Origin: Phoronis australis
Lineage: Eukaryota; Animalia; Phoronida
DNA length: 64,000 nt
Assembly (NCBI GenBank): GCA_002633005.1
Contig: NMRA01000054.1
Location: 574,736-638,735, forward strand
Direction of reading: 5' to 3'
Made by a program: the position numbers and the translations under genes. Position 1 is the stretch's first letter, and the number at the start of each line of letters is the position of its first letter. Under the pieces are notes generated by a model. The model searched no databases. It had not been told where the DNA came from and saw nothing but the letters and a program-made list of their open reading frames with translations. Of this stretch, positions 11,708 through 25,105 are shown in pieces.

Positions 11708-14479
11708 TATCCCACATCATTTTGCTGTCTTTTATTCCATCTTTGAGTTAAACTTTTGAGACTTCAACCATGTGGTGCTAAAACGTCCGTCATTCTCAGG
11801 GATTCCTTCTCAAATGACGTCATCATACTTCGAGCAGACGACTAGTCTTGACAAGGAACATTTTTCATCCATCGTCTTTTGCGGACACTTGGTCTCTTGT
11901 TGAAAGCTGGGCTTGCGTTGGGACCTACGTGACTAATGGGTTAGCCGAGTTCAGTTGTGGCCAGGTGGCTGAGCAACCAAGACAGTCCAGAGCCGGGATT
12001 GGGTCATTAACCTACTTTGATTCTGGGAGCTTCTTCAGCGGTAATAATCTTCTTCGTCAAATTCGGCACCCCGTTGTCACCACTTTTTACGGTCTCAGTC
12101 ATACTCTCTCATCGGCCTCTACTTTCAAATTATTGCAAAAGTTCATCGACATAGCCCCCGCTTCCTGCAGACATCCGACTCCCGATAGTAGACGTGGGGT
12201 CGTAGGCCCGCTGCTGAAGCGGAATAAATGACTTCGAATGAAAAAAACTCAGCGCGCTTTCATCAAAAATGCTATCGCGTTTCCCTACGCCGGAAGCTTC
12301 ATTTTCTCAAGACCGGGGATCATTAGAGATAACCCAGCATGGACCAAAATTAAAATATAAAAAGTATATGAAAAAGTTATGACAACTGGTACATTAAATG
12401 AATAGTCAAAGACTGAGTGAGATTAAGTCGACTACCCTCCCGTGGTTCGGAGAACCGCCATTTCTGAGATGTACTCAGTTCTTTGGCAACCGTATTTTTT
12501 GGTATCGTTAAGGATCCAATATGTCATTTTGGTTCCTAAGTAACTGAGTTACTGTGAAAGTGTGCCGATGCACTCACTGACTGTCTACGTGAGCTCTGCG
12601 ATGGGTCAAGCCTGTTGACGTCAACATTGCGTGGTGTGTGCGTACTTACGTCGCCTTCGTTGGAAAGTGCTGTTAAAAATTAAACTTTTGCCACGGTTGC
12701 ATTACGTGAATTACAATGAATTACAACGATTCATTTACTTTGTATGTTTAGTACAGCAACACCCCTTATATAACGGTGCATTTGCGAGTCTCAACTTGTG
12801 AAGCACCCGTTGCTTACTGCACAAATCAAAAATTGAACCGCGAAATCCCAATGCTTTCCTTAGTTTAGACATAGTAGACCCAGTACTAGTGCCATTATAT
12901 TGTTTTATCAGGAAACTATTTTCACCAAGCAATATTTTCAACCTTTGTGGAAGCATTTAAATATTATCAAACTTAGAGCGGTGCGTAGGCCTTCTCAGTT
13001 AACAGGTCCCAAAACTTTTCAAACCACGGATCCATTTTCACCATTGAGGAGATAACGCCAAATATTATAAGGAAGTATAGTTTTTCTTTTTCCTTCGTGA
13101 GACTCACAAGCCAATTGCCCCATTAAATGGTGTGATTAGAGTCATACAGTTTCCCACACGATTGGATAATAATCCATCTGCTGGAACAACAAGGCCCCTG
13201 GAGTTACTGGTAGAAAAATAAGTTAGCAAGCAGGTTAGCTTCATGAAGTTGACATCACCTTCATATTTATTTGCACGAGCCCAACAAAATCAAAGTAAAC
13301 GGAGCGATTTTCCACTATCAGTTTAGTTACGAATTAGGGTACCTTTTCAAAAAAGGTACCCTCATTTTTGACAATATGGCATCTCTTCTACTGTTCACTA
13401 ATTAGGTTAAAAATGAAGTACCTTGTTTCTGGAGCAAGACCCTACTAAAGGGTTATTTTTTCATGAAAGCTCTTTTTGTTCTAAATAGGTGGGCATCGCA
13501 ACTTTCTATTTGCAGCCCCGTCAAAAATATATAATCGATTACCCACCAAAGTGCACTCTCATAAAAAGTCCAACGATGACGAACTATTCTTTTCAGTCGT
13601 GGTAAAGAGTAATATCAATACTGGTTTCACAATATTATGACCGATTTTGAAGAGAAAGTTTTGGCAAAATATTTGAACTTCAGTTTTTAATTCAATGTGC
13701 TTTCAACAACTAACTCCTGTTTGAATATGCCCCTGTATGAATATGTATGTGATAGACGTGCGGTCTCAGGTCCCCACTAAAATTATGTAAGCATGCTGCC
13801 AAGTTCATTGACACCACCAGACAGAATCGCCAATGTCATCGCTGCTGGACATCGCGACAATTGTCTGTGACAACACGTGATTTCAATCTCAATGAAACGA
13901 AGATGAACATTCCCACGAAAGTGGGTGTGGATTTCATTTCACATCATTTTACGTCGATATTATACGACTCGTACGACCTTTTTGAACGCATACCGCTTGG
14001 AGAGAGCAGGTCCGCACCCATATCGAAATTTCGTTCAGTTAACTAATTTAAGCAATTCATTTTATTTATTAATTTATCTCTCTTTTCTTTAATAATTTCT
14101 CTTCTACCTGTATACATTTTTCGATATTTTCCCTTGTATTTTATTTGTTTTGAGTCAGTATTCACGTCGTTTTATGCTATACGATCTCTGTAGGGGATCA
14201 CCTCAGAAATGAATGTCTCACTCTCTCGTGCTATCGCGGTTACGCTCATTTAATATTTTTTCAAGTATTGCCGTTGTATTTTGTTTTTATTTTTTGTTTT
14301 CTAATTTTATGTTTAATTATAATCATTTATATGATTTTATGCACAGAATAGCAATCAGTTAATGCCAGCTGAAACATTTATTCATTGGCTTTTTAGCCTG
14401 GAAAATAATCGTGTTTTGATTTTCAGTTGACTGTAAGACAGGGCGATTCCATCGAACGGTACCCCTATTTAGCGGCCTA

Positions 14480-15262
14480 AACCCAATGGATAGGAAAAGA
14501 CGTACCTGTAATTTCTTTTTGAAAAATATCAGATCTCCAGAAAATCACACTTTGCTTAGTCAATCCAGTGGTAAAAGCTGTCAAAACAGTTATATTTAAT
14601 GAATTACAAATGTGACATTGAGCAGAGAGATCATATTCTTTCGATGCAGAAACACCTTTGTTCAACGACTATTCTATGGTTACATTTTTTCAAGGTATGA
14701 ACACGTTATCTACATCATCCTCGCAGTTTGTAGCAAGTTTAGTGATACAGTTTCGCATTTGGGGAAATGATTGCCAACTTATTTATCTCGTAACATGTTC
14801 GAAATAGCCACCAAATCAGGACAAGATTTTCTACCTCAAACAATTTGGTTTTGCCTAAACACAGAACTTCGTTTTATTCTAAGTCCTTCTTTATTCAGGC
14901 CATTCAACAGTGGAACAACTTGCCAAATAGTCTAAAAGAGGCTGACCGTTATGATGATTACAGACACCAACTCGTTAGTTACCTGTGGTCGTCATAGCAG
15001 TCCCTCTTTTTTGTCGCTCCAATGTATATACCATATAAAAGCTTTTATTTATTTATTTTTAATTCAGTCTTTAAAAACCAATTTATAAATACTGTTTAAT
15101 TTAATGTAACTTAATTTATTTATCTATCTTAATTTATTTAATTTAATTTTTGCTACAGAGGACCATGCTGTATATTAGCCTTTGGTTATAGCACGTTTTA
15201 TATCTATAGTATTTTATCCTCTATAAATGAAGTTTATTATTATTATTATTATTATTATTATT
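14480..15262 (+). mobile_element. 5'-truncated CR1/L2-group LINE 3' end
   Basis: LVLPKHRTSFYSKSFFIQAIQQWNNLPNSLKEA is the typical RT ORF C-terminus (SF...WNxLP), followed by an AT-rich 3' UTR and a (TAT)n tail at about 15233-15262. Confidence 0.8.
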
Positions 15263-16527
15263 TAGAAACCGTTGTTGCTGTAACAGTTTTGGGGTCAGTT
15301 ATGACGCCAAGTTTCCTTCATTGGTCCAGGACGTTTTCAAAGAACTTAAAATTAGTCAATTACAAAACACGAGGCCTTTTAAGTTTATCTGAGACATTGA
15401 CCGAGATCTTACACCGCATGAGGTTGCAGGTCTGGCAAGAAAATTACATGTTCTCGTCGTCTCTTATCATTAATTTTCAATCAGTTCCCTATGACAATTA
15501 AAAATGCTTTAAAGACCTACTTGCCTGGAGATCGGCACAAGCCCTTTGCTAAAGAAACCGGAAGTTGGAAGGAGTTTCAACGCTATGAGTCTTATCATAG
15601 ATTTCTTGTTTAATGTGTTGAGGTCCAGATGTTACCGTGGTCACGAAAGCATATGGTACGCGTTGCCTCCACGAAAAAGTACTCGCGTTCAGTTTCTGCA
15701 GCGACCAGCTTGATCATTTCCAATGCGCTATGCAGTCGGCCGGTGATGATTACATATAGAATATAAACCCACACTATAAAATTAGTGTCATCTTATTCCT
15801 TACTCAGATCACAAGTGACTTCAAAATTTGAAATAACCGACAGTTCGTCACGATTGTTCTGGAGTCCAAGCTGCCCACACCAACTTGTAGAACCTGTTCT
15901 CATGGACTTCAACGAACTGTCAGTTCTTTCAAAGCCACGTATAACAAACTGCGAATACTTTTACAGCTGAAGTTATATTCTTGTGATACAACATATAAAG
16001 AAGACCATAAAAGGGCTGAAAGCAACAGCGAGGCAACGAGACAACTCGGTTACGTGGTGCATATATACAAGGAATAACCATTATTTTAACCAAGGGGGGG
16101 GGCAACATCAGTGATATGGAAGTTATTTGCCAGATGCAGTGCTAGGTGATGCACACATCGAGACTAGTGGTACACGCTCATTAACAGAAACACAAATGAA
16201 AAATTTAATCACTATCGATCAAACAACATGCAAGTTAAACATGGCCGGTGAAAAAAGAAAAACTTGTTAGGTGTGGCACTATTAGTGGGTTTTGGCAAAA
16301 AATAAGCGATGTTGTTATCTTTAAATGAGACGCTCCAGCATATGCACAACATGTGGGTCCATAAGAATAAGGATGCTGATGTCTTTAAATCGGATACATG
16401 CCTGCATGACATGTGGATACATCTAAAATAGGGATGTGATGTTATCTTATGTAATCTTTAAAATCCAATATTCCTGAATATGTACAACTGACTTTTATAA
16501 AAATGACTCAATTTGCAAACACAATCA

Positions 16528-16533
16528 TTTATT
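16528..16533 (-). promoter_or_regulatory. Candidate polyadenylation signal for GAS2 (would imply a 3' UTR of about 3 kb)
   Basis: AATAAA on the minus strand at the end of a long U-rich (sense) stretch downstream of the stop codon. Not verified by transcript data. Confidence 0.3.
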
Positions 16534-19333
16534 TATAACAGTAATAATTCCCACAGCAATAAAGCTCAAACAACAAAAAATCTGGTGTGCCCAAGGACAA
16601 GTACGTAAAGGGTCGTACTCCAAGCTCTACAAATACAACGTTTTTTTTCTCTCAGTATCATGAATGAATTTATTACATATTGTCATGAACCACATTCAGT
16701 TGCCAAGTTTTGACTGGGCATGAACGCATAATGTTCAACATAAATTTCTCACATTTCTGATCACTGAATTTGTTTGTAAAGATACAAACTTTCAGGGCGT
16801 CAGGTTACAGAACGTGTATAAATGGGACTCATGTTCACACGTTGAATTTGTTGACAAACATTACAGATTAGGTTTATTAAAGTCACAAATTACCCAGGAT
16901 TAATTCTTCACTTACTAAGCACACAATATGTCAGACAACAAAAATCTTACTGTGTCAAATTTCTTCACAAAAATAAAGATTAAGAAAGTCTATTACTAGC
17001 ATAATTTGCACTGTGTTTGATGTCATAAAACAACATTGTTCATAGAAATGTCATCACTCACTGAAAATAGACAAGTGACAATTTCGGATAGTATTTTTGT
17101 GCGAAATCAGTGAAGAATTACTGTAACTCCATCTAGTGACCAAATAAAGAACCAGCCTATTCCGTAAAATACATTTTGCGGCTTTGAATTTAATTTTCCC
17201 AATCAGTCTAAAGCTCTTTATCACACCCATTAAAAGTAACTACAGCTTTGAACACACAAAATCATAGAGCAAAATAACAAAATAGATTGTCAGCTTACAA
17301 AAGTGTGCTGGTGGAATGCACAGTTGAAAACAACAGAGATGCTACAGCAAACTCGAGCCACGCAAAAACAAGTAAAGCTACTGAAACACTCATAAATAAA
17401 AAAGCAAACTCTTGAACAATCAAAGAAAATTAGCAACAACATGAACAGTATGGACGGCATTCTGGAATATCAACATAAAGTGTATATTGATTAAAGAAAC
17501 CTAATCGACCGTATAGGAATGCACCTTCATGTGATAAAGAGTTAACATAACAACCATTGGAATCCTAATTGTTAAATAAAAATAAGGCCAATCACTGACC
17601 AACTCCATAGATATCAAGATCAACAAAACATCACTAGTAATCAATATACAAGTAGACACAAGCCAAGCAAGCTTAAAAACACCTCTAACTTGAGGTTGTG
17701 ATGGAAGACAATGGTGAGATTCTCAAAGGTAAACAGATTTCTAAATGACCTTAAAGCAGCTATGTCGTACTAACTTGTGAATAACTGGATTTTTTGAGCA
17801 CAGCAAAAGATTTTTTTGTAAGTGCAGAAATGGCATTTTTGTAAGTCACTCCAAGGCAACACTTGTTTTTTTTGTCAGCGACAGCTACAGAACATAAGTT
17901 CCTGTGTTTATGAAATTTACTGAAATGCCCAGCAACAGAGAATGTAAGACACTGGGCAAAACAGTCACTTGTTTTTCCCATAATTAAGCAGTCAAATTCA
18001 AATTTCAAACCATCTGCATTTTCATTCACTTACAAATATGACACAGCAATTGCGGCAATAGTCACCTACGGGGGTGTCAAATTTTGAGAACCAGTTTGGT
18101 GCCTGTTATTCAGTGGAGAAAACTGGTTGTCAAAATGCAGTACCCATTTAAGTGACTATTACCATAACTTTTAAGTCCTTCATGGCACTTTTAACGACTA
18201 AACAACTTTGAAGTAATAGTTTAACTGATAACAAAAATTACAAGTTCAAAAATAGGCAAGATCTTTACTTTTCAACAAATAGAGGCCGATCATAAATTTC
18301 CAAAATGCCAAAATAAATTACTGATGTATACTTTTTTGACCACACATGATTTCAAGGGACACTGGTATTACAGTTGACCCTCAAAAGGACTGTCCCATTT
18401 GGAAGTAGAGTGACAAGTGTCTTACAACTTGCTTCATTATTTAAATCAAAACATCAGTTCAATGTAACACCCACGACATACCTCAATGGCACAAAATGCT
18501 CAGTTTACAATAAGTGCCAGAGCTTTTTCAAGAAATTTATGATACATCATGCTTTGAGCAATTTAACATTAATTCCGTAGCTTCAAGTCAATTATTAGTA
18601 TAACAGTAAAGTTGACGTCTGGAATGCTCCATACTCTAACTATGAAAACTCCAATTCAGTTTCCTTATAACCAAACAGCACCTGTTCAACTTTTGAGTCT
18701 TCCAAATGTCATGCAGCTGAAGTGCACAAAACCTATCAAAAGTTCAATCTAAGTCAACACTAAAGCTTACTTCATTGGCAAAAAGCCAGGAAATGTCTCA
18801 ATTCACACATTAAACGGGTAGTTGGAAGACGTTTTTATAAGAGCAGTACTACTGCAAAGCTAAACAAATCTTAAACATTGGCATACATCAGATCCAGGCA
18901 ATGACAACAACAATACTGCAACAGTGTTGAGTAATGACCAACTTACACAAATGACATCACTGAATGGCCAGGGGGAAGTTACTGCCAGATCATTCAACTG
19001 ATAATCACAAGTTGTTGCAAGTGTTGTTGAATAAACAGCTACAAAAAGGCTGCCATTGTACGTGACAGGACGCAGCTATTCTAATAGATACATTAACACT
19101 CACAGAGCTCATAATTTCTGGTAACAATGAATCCTGCCAGCTTTTAGCTAACTAGGTCTACTTAAAGTTTTCCCAAAATATATAGGAAAATGTCCTAATG
19201 AGCACCTATTACAAGATAAAGTATGCTGCATGTGAACCATTCTGACCACGAACATTTAGCCAGGCAGTAACAGGGGTTGCTGCTGCTGCTTCATGAAACT
19301 CTTCTCCCAAGGCAATCTTATTGTTACCAACTA

Positions 19334-19547
19334 CAGTAAAATCTCACCAATTTTGTGAAAAAAATGCCAAAATTGCTTTGATACGAATGCCCACAATGTC
19401 TCAGAATCATTGTCTGATGGTAGCTACAGTATAGATATTTAAAAATAATATTGATTCATTTGGTGCAATTTACCTTTTTTGACAAAATGAAAAAATAAAA
19501 TTTCCCTTCTTGGCCATATTGTGTCCTAAATAGGTGAGATTTTAATG
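19334..19547. mobile_element. TA-flanked MITE just downstream of the GAS2 stop codon
   Basis: TA-CAGTAAAATCTCACC...GGTGAGATTTTAATG-TA. Related pieces (CAGTTTAGGACACAA) at about 1135-1210 and 37885-38078. Confidence 0.7.
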
Positions 19548-19554
19548 TAACTGC

Positions 19555-19749
19555 TCAGTGTTTTGCAGACTTGTACCGTCCTTGAACAACCACATAGTTG
19601 AGTCGATCTTCGTTGTTGAGCGAGTCGATACTACCAGCAATAGCTCTCTTATGCTGAAAGATTCGGCATGGGTCGTGGCGTGACAGAAAGTGCTCTAGTG
19701 TGTCCCAGCCACCACCCACTCGAACCATAAGGTGAGTGTCTTTCAACAG
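19555..19749 (-). CDS. GAS2: GAS2-family protein, last coding exon (GAR domain, C-terminal half)
   Basis: tttttcag acceptor; [29 protein letters not shown]...[11 protein letters not shown] is the GAR signature. Joined CDS is 1143 nt, 380 aa. Confidence 0.97.
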   Translation of the reverse strand: MLKDTHLMVRVGGGWDTLEHFLSRHDPCRIFQHKRAIAGSIDSLNNEDRLNYVVVQGRYKSAKH

Positions 19750-21443
19750 CTGAAAAAACAGATAGTCTCCAAATAAAAAGATGGTTGAAGTCACAATATT
19801 TAAAATCACTGTGTTTTCACCCTTGCCTTACTATTGTCAGAGCTTCACAATCAAGAGATCAAATGAAGTAGAAATACGTGCTATGTAACTGTTGAATCTC
19901 CAGCTTTCATTAGCTAAAATATTATCCGCATTAACTTCCACAAAAATTTGCATTGCCTGGAATTTTCAAATCGTTCACATGTCACTTGACCAGGTATGAC
20001 AAATGAGATGAAAATGTCTGCAAGGCAACCAGTCAACTGTGGACCAAAATTCACCGTCCCAGAAGTCAAATTGAATTGTATGGGAGCGTTGAACTTTGTT
20101 CCTGTCTTTGGTAGTTCATGACACTATTACGCTGCCACACGAGAGAGTGCACATCTCCTTCTCGATCCTTTTGCGAACACTTTTGAGGTCTATGGCCAGG
20201 ATAATGGTCTGAGCCAGGATGTATATGATTTTGGTATATTTTGCTGTAAACTGCAACATTATAAAAGCAGTACAAGCTATTCCATAATGTCACAATCAGT
20301 CTCTGTTAGTTTGAACAATGAACTGCAGCTGTTAATGATATATTTACATGCTCTTGCTAATATATTGCAGGAACTTAATGGCAATGCTATTTTAACATAA
20401 TCAACACTAAACAAGGTGCAGTTGTATTCATCGACAACTTCAATGTGAAAAAATTCTTTGCACCAATGACGTACCTTGGGGGCTCACACAACCCGCACCA
20501 TGCAATGTTATTCCCCAGCACCATGTCACGATACTTAATAGACAAGGTTCAGTGATGTGCGGTGGATCACTTTCACCGCAAAACTCGTTTTCAAAAGGAT
20601 TTGACAATTTTCAACCTACTTCATATTCCCATCATTGCTAAATGTTGTGTTACTAACTAATTTCGCTAAACAATCACAGAGATAAGGAATTTGCCTGAAA
20701 GTTTCACTTTAAGCTCCACACACAAGCCAGACATAACAATAGGCAATTTTTCATATTAATAGAATGACAAAAACTGACTGCTAAATGCCTCGTCGATTGT
20801 AAAATTACAACTGTAAAATATGGTTCTTTCAGGAACAGCCAACAGGTCTTTTGATTTATTGCAGAAAAATGGGTAACTTAGCCAACTGATTGGTCACCTT
20901 CAATCGCATTTATCTCTGTTTACGTTTTCAACATACATGCCGCAGATTTTGTTCATTTCTTTGCAATCAGTCCATCCATTTCTAATTTTTTTTTGTTGAC
21001 CAGTCATCAATGCCTCAATCACTTGCCAGGATTTTTCATTATTGACCGTTAAAGTTAAGAAAATTGCCATCAGTTCCATTTCCAAAATGCCAAAAACTTA
21101 GCATAACATTTTTAATAACTCAACTGATGCCCACAAAAAATAAAACGACTTTTTTATGAAAAAGCACTCAATGTAGAACCTAAGTCCATTTTGATGTTCC
21201 AGAGGTTGAAAAGGGTTGCTTATCACTCAAAACCCTACTTAAATAGGCATAGAGAAACACTCTTGAAAGTAGAGGGAACTATATAAAACACAAAACTGAT
21301 CTTTAGGCCAAAAACAGAAGCTACGTTCTGTGAAAGACATGCTTACTGGTTTACAACAGTAGTTTTTTGGAAGCTTGCAGCTTGTTTACACAACAATTTA
21401 CAGACAGATGCTAGGTTACCATATAACAGATAAGAGTTCTTAC

Positions 21444-21545
21444 CCGAATGAATACAACCTTTCCCCCAATGTTGTAGGTACCTTCACGAAGGCGCTGAAT
21501 TTCAAAAGGTTGGCAACACTTGCATTTGGAAGACAGCTTTTTCAC
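21444..21545 (-). CDS. GAS2: GAS2-family protein, exon 5 (GAR domain, N-terminal half; absent from the ORF track)
   Basis: ttttcag acceptor, GTAAG donor, 102 nt, phase 0; VKKLSSKCKCCQPFEIQRLREGTYNIGGKVVFIR (C-x-C...EGxY pattern). Confidence 0.95.
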
Positions 21546-23062
21546 CTGAAAAACAACCAGAGGGTGACAGATTCACGTAGAGCGACTTCGGTGTCTGTAC
21601 AATGTGTCGACCGATCAGTCTAAAAGGTATAGTCCCGGAATTTTTACAACTTCATAATGTTTCTTCTTGTTATGAAACTTAAAGTTGGATCAAAACATAT
21701 TTCACTCACTCACTCACTCACAATATCATGACTTCTATAATATATGAACAAGGAACTAGCCTCTAACATCCTTTTCAGACGTAAGATAATGATTAATCTA
21801 GGAATTCACCGACGAAAAATAAATCAAAACAATACATTTCTTGATATGTTAACCATCATCCAGAAGTTGATTACAGAAAATACTCCAATCACATATTAGC
21901 TCATAATGTCTGCCAGAGTCAATTTTCTGGTTGGGATGTCATAGGAGAAGTTATGAGCATCTTTTTATAGAATGTGATCATATTCAGGTGCCATGCTGAC
22001 CTCTAAAGTGATCCGTCCTTTAGGTAGACAACTTCCAAAATACTAATTTCTGTCTATATTTTACCTCAAGAGTATATCTTTAAAAGCACTTCCCTACAGA
22101 AGATGCATCAAGTGTGTAAAGAATTATCAAAATCCAACCGGCTCTTGACACAAGCACCTATTTGTCCATTGTAACCAACAGAAGACATGACTACCATACA
22201 CATATTAAGTCATTTTTGTCAAGAAAGTGGTAGAACAAGACAGAAAAATACAACTACAATTTTGCACAACCACGCAGCGGAACTTACAGCGACACACACG
22301 ATCAGTGTTGGTAGGTTGTGATAGCTGACCAGTAACGAATCATTGTTAGAACCACACACACACATGAACACTGGACAACGGAAACTACTCAATCACATGC
22401 CGAGGACAAAATTAACATTTGATTTGAAACTGAACTGAACACAACAAATTGTTGAAAGTTACCCTCTCACAGTAGACGACTTTCATTATCTGTGATGAAA
22501 AGACAAAGAATATTGATGTCACTACTAATTCGCATCCCGGGTCACATTTTCATAAACGCATCTTAAAATAAAGTGCACAGTTGTACTGTTCTTCTTACCA
22601 TTTCATTTTTGTTTTAAGTAACCTTGAACCTTGATTTTTTCAGTCCTATTTTTATAACCCTTAAGCAAAAGTGAACCATTTTAAATACAATTCCTTACAG
22701 TATTCAGGAGAATAGTGCATAAAGCATAGGAGAATTCAACATTGACAGTGAAGCTGAGACAAAATTTCAGCTTCAAGTTTCAAAACACTAAAACATGCTG
22801 ATCAGGATTTATTGCACGTAAACAGTAAAACCACTGAGTATAGAAAAGCACAATCTGCAGAAAAGTAAACCCAACATAATGGAAATGGGTAACAGCTTCA
22901 TCTCAGACAAGCTGAAAAACCTTACTAGCCAAATAGATGACATGAAAGAATCATCCATGACACTCAACATGATTCATACTTCCTGGCACCCCTCTCCAGC
23001 ACAAACCTATTGTCTTCTTCAACTAGTACCCTCTGACATCCATCACAAATCTGCAGACATAC

Positions 23063-23517
23063 CTCTTTATCAAGCTGTGACTGCCTTGGTTTAGCAGGTG
23101 ACGGTGGACATCTGCTACCAATAGGAGGAGCTGAAATGATACGTCGTCTCGTCGGCGTACCATTGTCGACGGACTGTGACCTAGTTTTTCGAGGACTCTG
23201 CTGCATCACTTCACTCATGCCACTGCTCATTAAAGAGTCACCAGATCCTTTCCGTTCTGTGATAACACAATCTTTTATAACAAGATCTGTTATACCACAG
23301 TCCTCTGTTACAATGGGATCTTTTATTGTGCGGTCCTTGATGATGACATGTTTTTCCCTAAGGTTTGGAATTATATCGTCAGCATCACCACTCTGCATTT
23401 CATTCTCAATCTCTTTCTCAAGTCGAATCAGCGCCGGTGGTTCAATGCCAAACTTGTACGCCACTCTGGCCAACTCGAGCAGACACAGCACCACCGACCT
23501 CTCTTGTTTGTGGAGAA
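23063..23517 (-). CDS. GAS2: GAS2-family protein, exon 4 (end of CH domain and linker)
   Basis: tttcag acceptor, GTATG donor, 455 nt; [38 protein letters not shown]...LDKE. Confidence 0.95.
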
Positions 23518-23938
23518 CTGAAATGACACATGAACGATGAAGATGCTTCAGAACTGATAAAATAATAGAACCACTATGGAAAATATGCATAAATGATAAC
23601 TTGTAAGTGAGGTATAATACCAGTGAATACATCCCAGCCAATTTTTCGAGATGATATGAGCAACAGTAACCCATTTATACAAAACGTTGCATTTCAGCTG
23701 TATTATGCTGCCGTTTCAAAGGACCCATAGCTGTTAAGTCTAAGGGCTCATATCTTACCACAGAAAAAACAACATTTGTCTGATGCAACGTGCCTGCATT
23801 TTGAAAACCTGTTGATGTCCGTTATTCAGTGGACAAAACTGGTTCTCAAAATGTGATCTATAGAGACTTGCAGGACCTTAACCCAAGCGCAATATACGTA
23901 AGCACAAAGCAGAAGAAAGCCATGTGTATAATGTATAC

Positions 23939-24086
23939 CTAAGTCATCTGTTTCAAACATACATTCCACCTTGATGCCATAATCTGCACACCACTGTAGG
24001 AAGTTGGCCGTGTTGTCACGGGCAAACCACGTGCCCGACTGCACATTCTGGCGGAACTTGACCCGATTAGAGGGCACCTTGACGTT
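23939..24086 (-). CDS. GAS2: GAS2-family protein, exon 3 (CH domain)
   Basis: ttaacag acceptor, GT donor, 148 nt; SGTWFARDNTANFLQWC...CMFETDDL. Confidence 0.95.
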
Positions 24087-24177
24087 CTGTTAAGACACGG
24101 ACACCAAAATTGACGGGTACATTATTCTCAGATGACGTCATAATAAAAAGTCAATGCATAGAAAGAAAACTTGTATC

Positions 24178-24620
24178 ATTAATAATAATAATAGTACTAA
24201 TACTACCACTACCACTACCAATAACAATAATAATAATAAACTTATTAGCATCACACAAGTACAGAGCAATAAAAAAGAGCAAAAAATAAAACTACAAGTG
24301 CAAGACATGGATAACATAAAAAGTCAAAGACTTATTTCCATTATGATCCGTAATTTGCAAGGAAATTATGTGAAACACAAATGGAGAGATCAAAGCGGCT
24401 ATAAAACTGCATTCCATTCATCAAATTTTTGATTTAAGACCAGTTACCTCTACAAAATTGGACTCAATGTGTTTCTTACTTGAGAAGTACTTTCCATGTC
24501 TGCATATATCTGACAATTCATTATTCCATGAGACCACGGTCGGAACATAAAATGACACAGCGTAACAAGCCAACCTGTATGGCGTGCTCTGAAGTAATGA
24601 CAAGATGACAGTTCTTTCAA
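24178..24620 (-). mobile_element. Decayed CR1/L2-group LINE 3' end in a GAS2 intron
   Basis: Minus strand YRLACYAVSFYVPTVVSWNNELS (SF...WN motif), then a (TAT)n tail at 24178-24240. Confidence 0.6.
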
Positions 24621-25004
24621 AGCCCTAATATCACCTCCAATTGACTAAGAAAAACTTGAGACTAAATGCAAAGGGGTAAGTGGACTAAATCAAAAATTTC
24701 TTGTAATGAATAGCAAGTTTATGGGCGCTTTAAGAAATGGTACTGGTTTGCACCGCAGTGAGACACTTCGCCGCATACTCAGGGTCCGATCCAGGATTTT
24801 TTAAAACGGAGGTCGGATCAACAATTTTTTTAAAAAGGTGGTCCAAGTCAACAATTTGAAAAGTCTAGATTTGATGTCGCTTAAAATCAAGGGAAAAAGG
24901 TGGGTCCGGACTCCCTTGACCCCGCCTATGACACAGTAATTCTATATCATCCAGTTCTCTTCTCAGGTTTAAATGATTTCTGGGATTGAGAAGAACTGAA
25001 AGTT

Positions 25005-25105
25005 CTGTGCTTGACCGGTGGTCCCAATGGCTCACTGGCTAGAGCATCTGCACGGTTAGCAGAAGATCCTGAGTTCAAGTCCTGGTCGGGGCAGAAATCT
25101 TTTCA
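25005..25105 (+). mobile_element. tRNA-derived element (not a functional tRNA)
   Basis: A box TGGCTCACTGG (25028-25038), anticodon-like stem TCTGC/GCAGA, B box GAGTTCAAGTC (25071-25081); poor acceptor stem. Confidence 0.65.

Noticed and set aside
11848-12231. 127-aa plus-strand ORF upstream of NELL
   Set aside because: TTG start and no recognisable domain; more likely the NELL 5' UTR or promoter region.
20066-20250. Alternative GAS2 terminal exon in the last intron
   Set aside because: Weak acceptor, no recognisable homology, and it would delete the MVRVGGGW half of the GAR domain.
23136-23540. 134-aa plus-strand ORF (also 27855-28121)
   Set aside because: Antisense shadow of GAS2 coding exons.
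25021-25094. Functional tRNA gene
   Set aside because: Acceptor and T stems pair poorly and the anticodon loop is non-canonical; treated as a tRNA-derived repeat.
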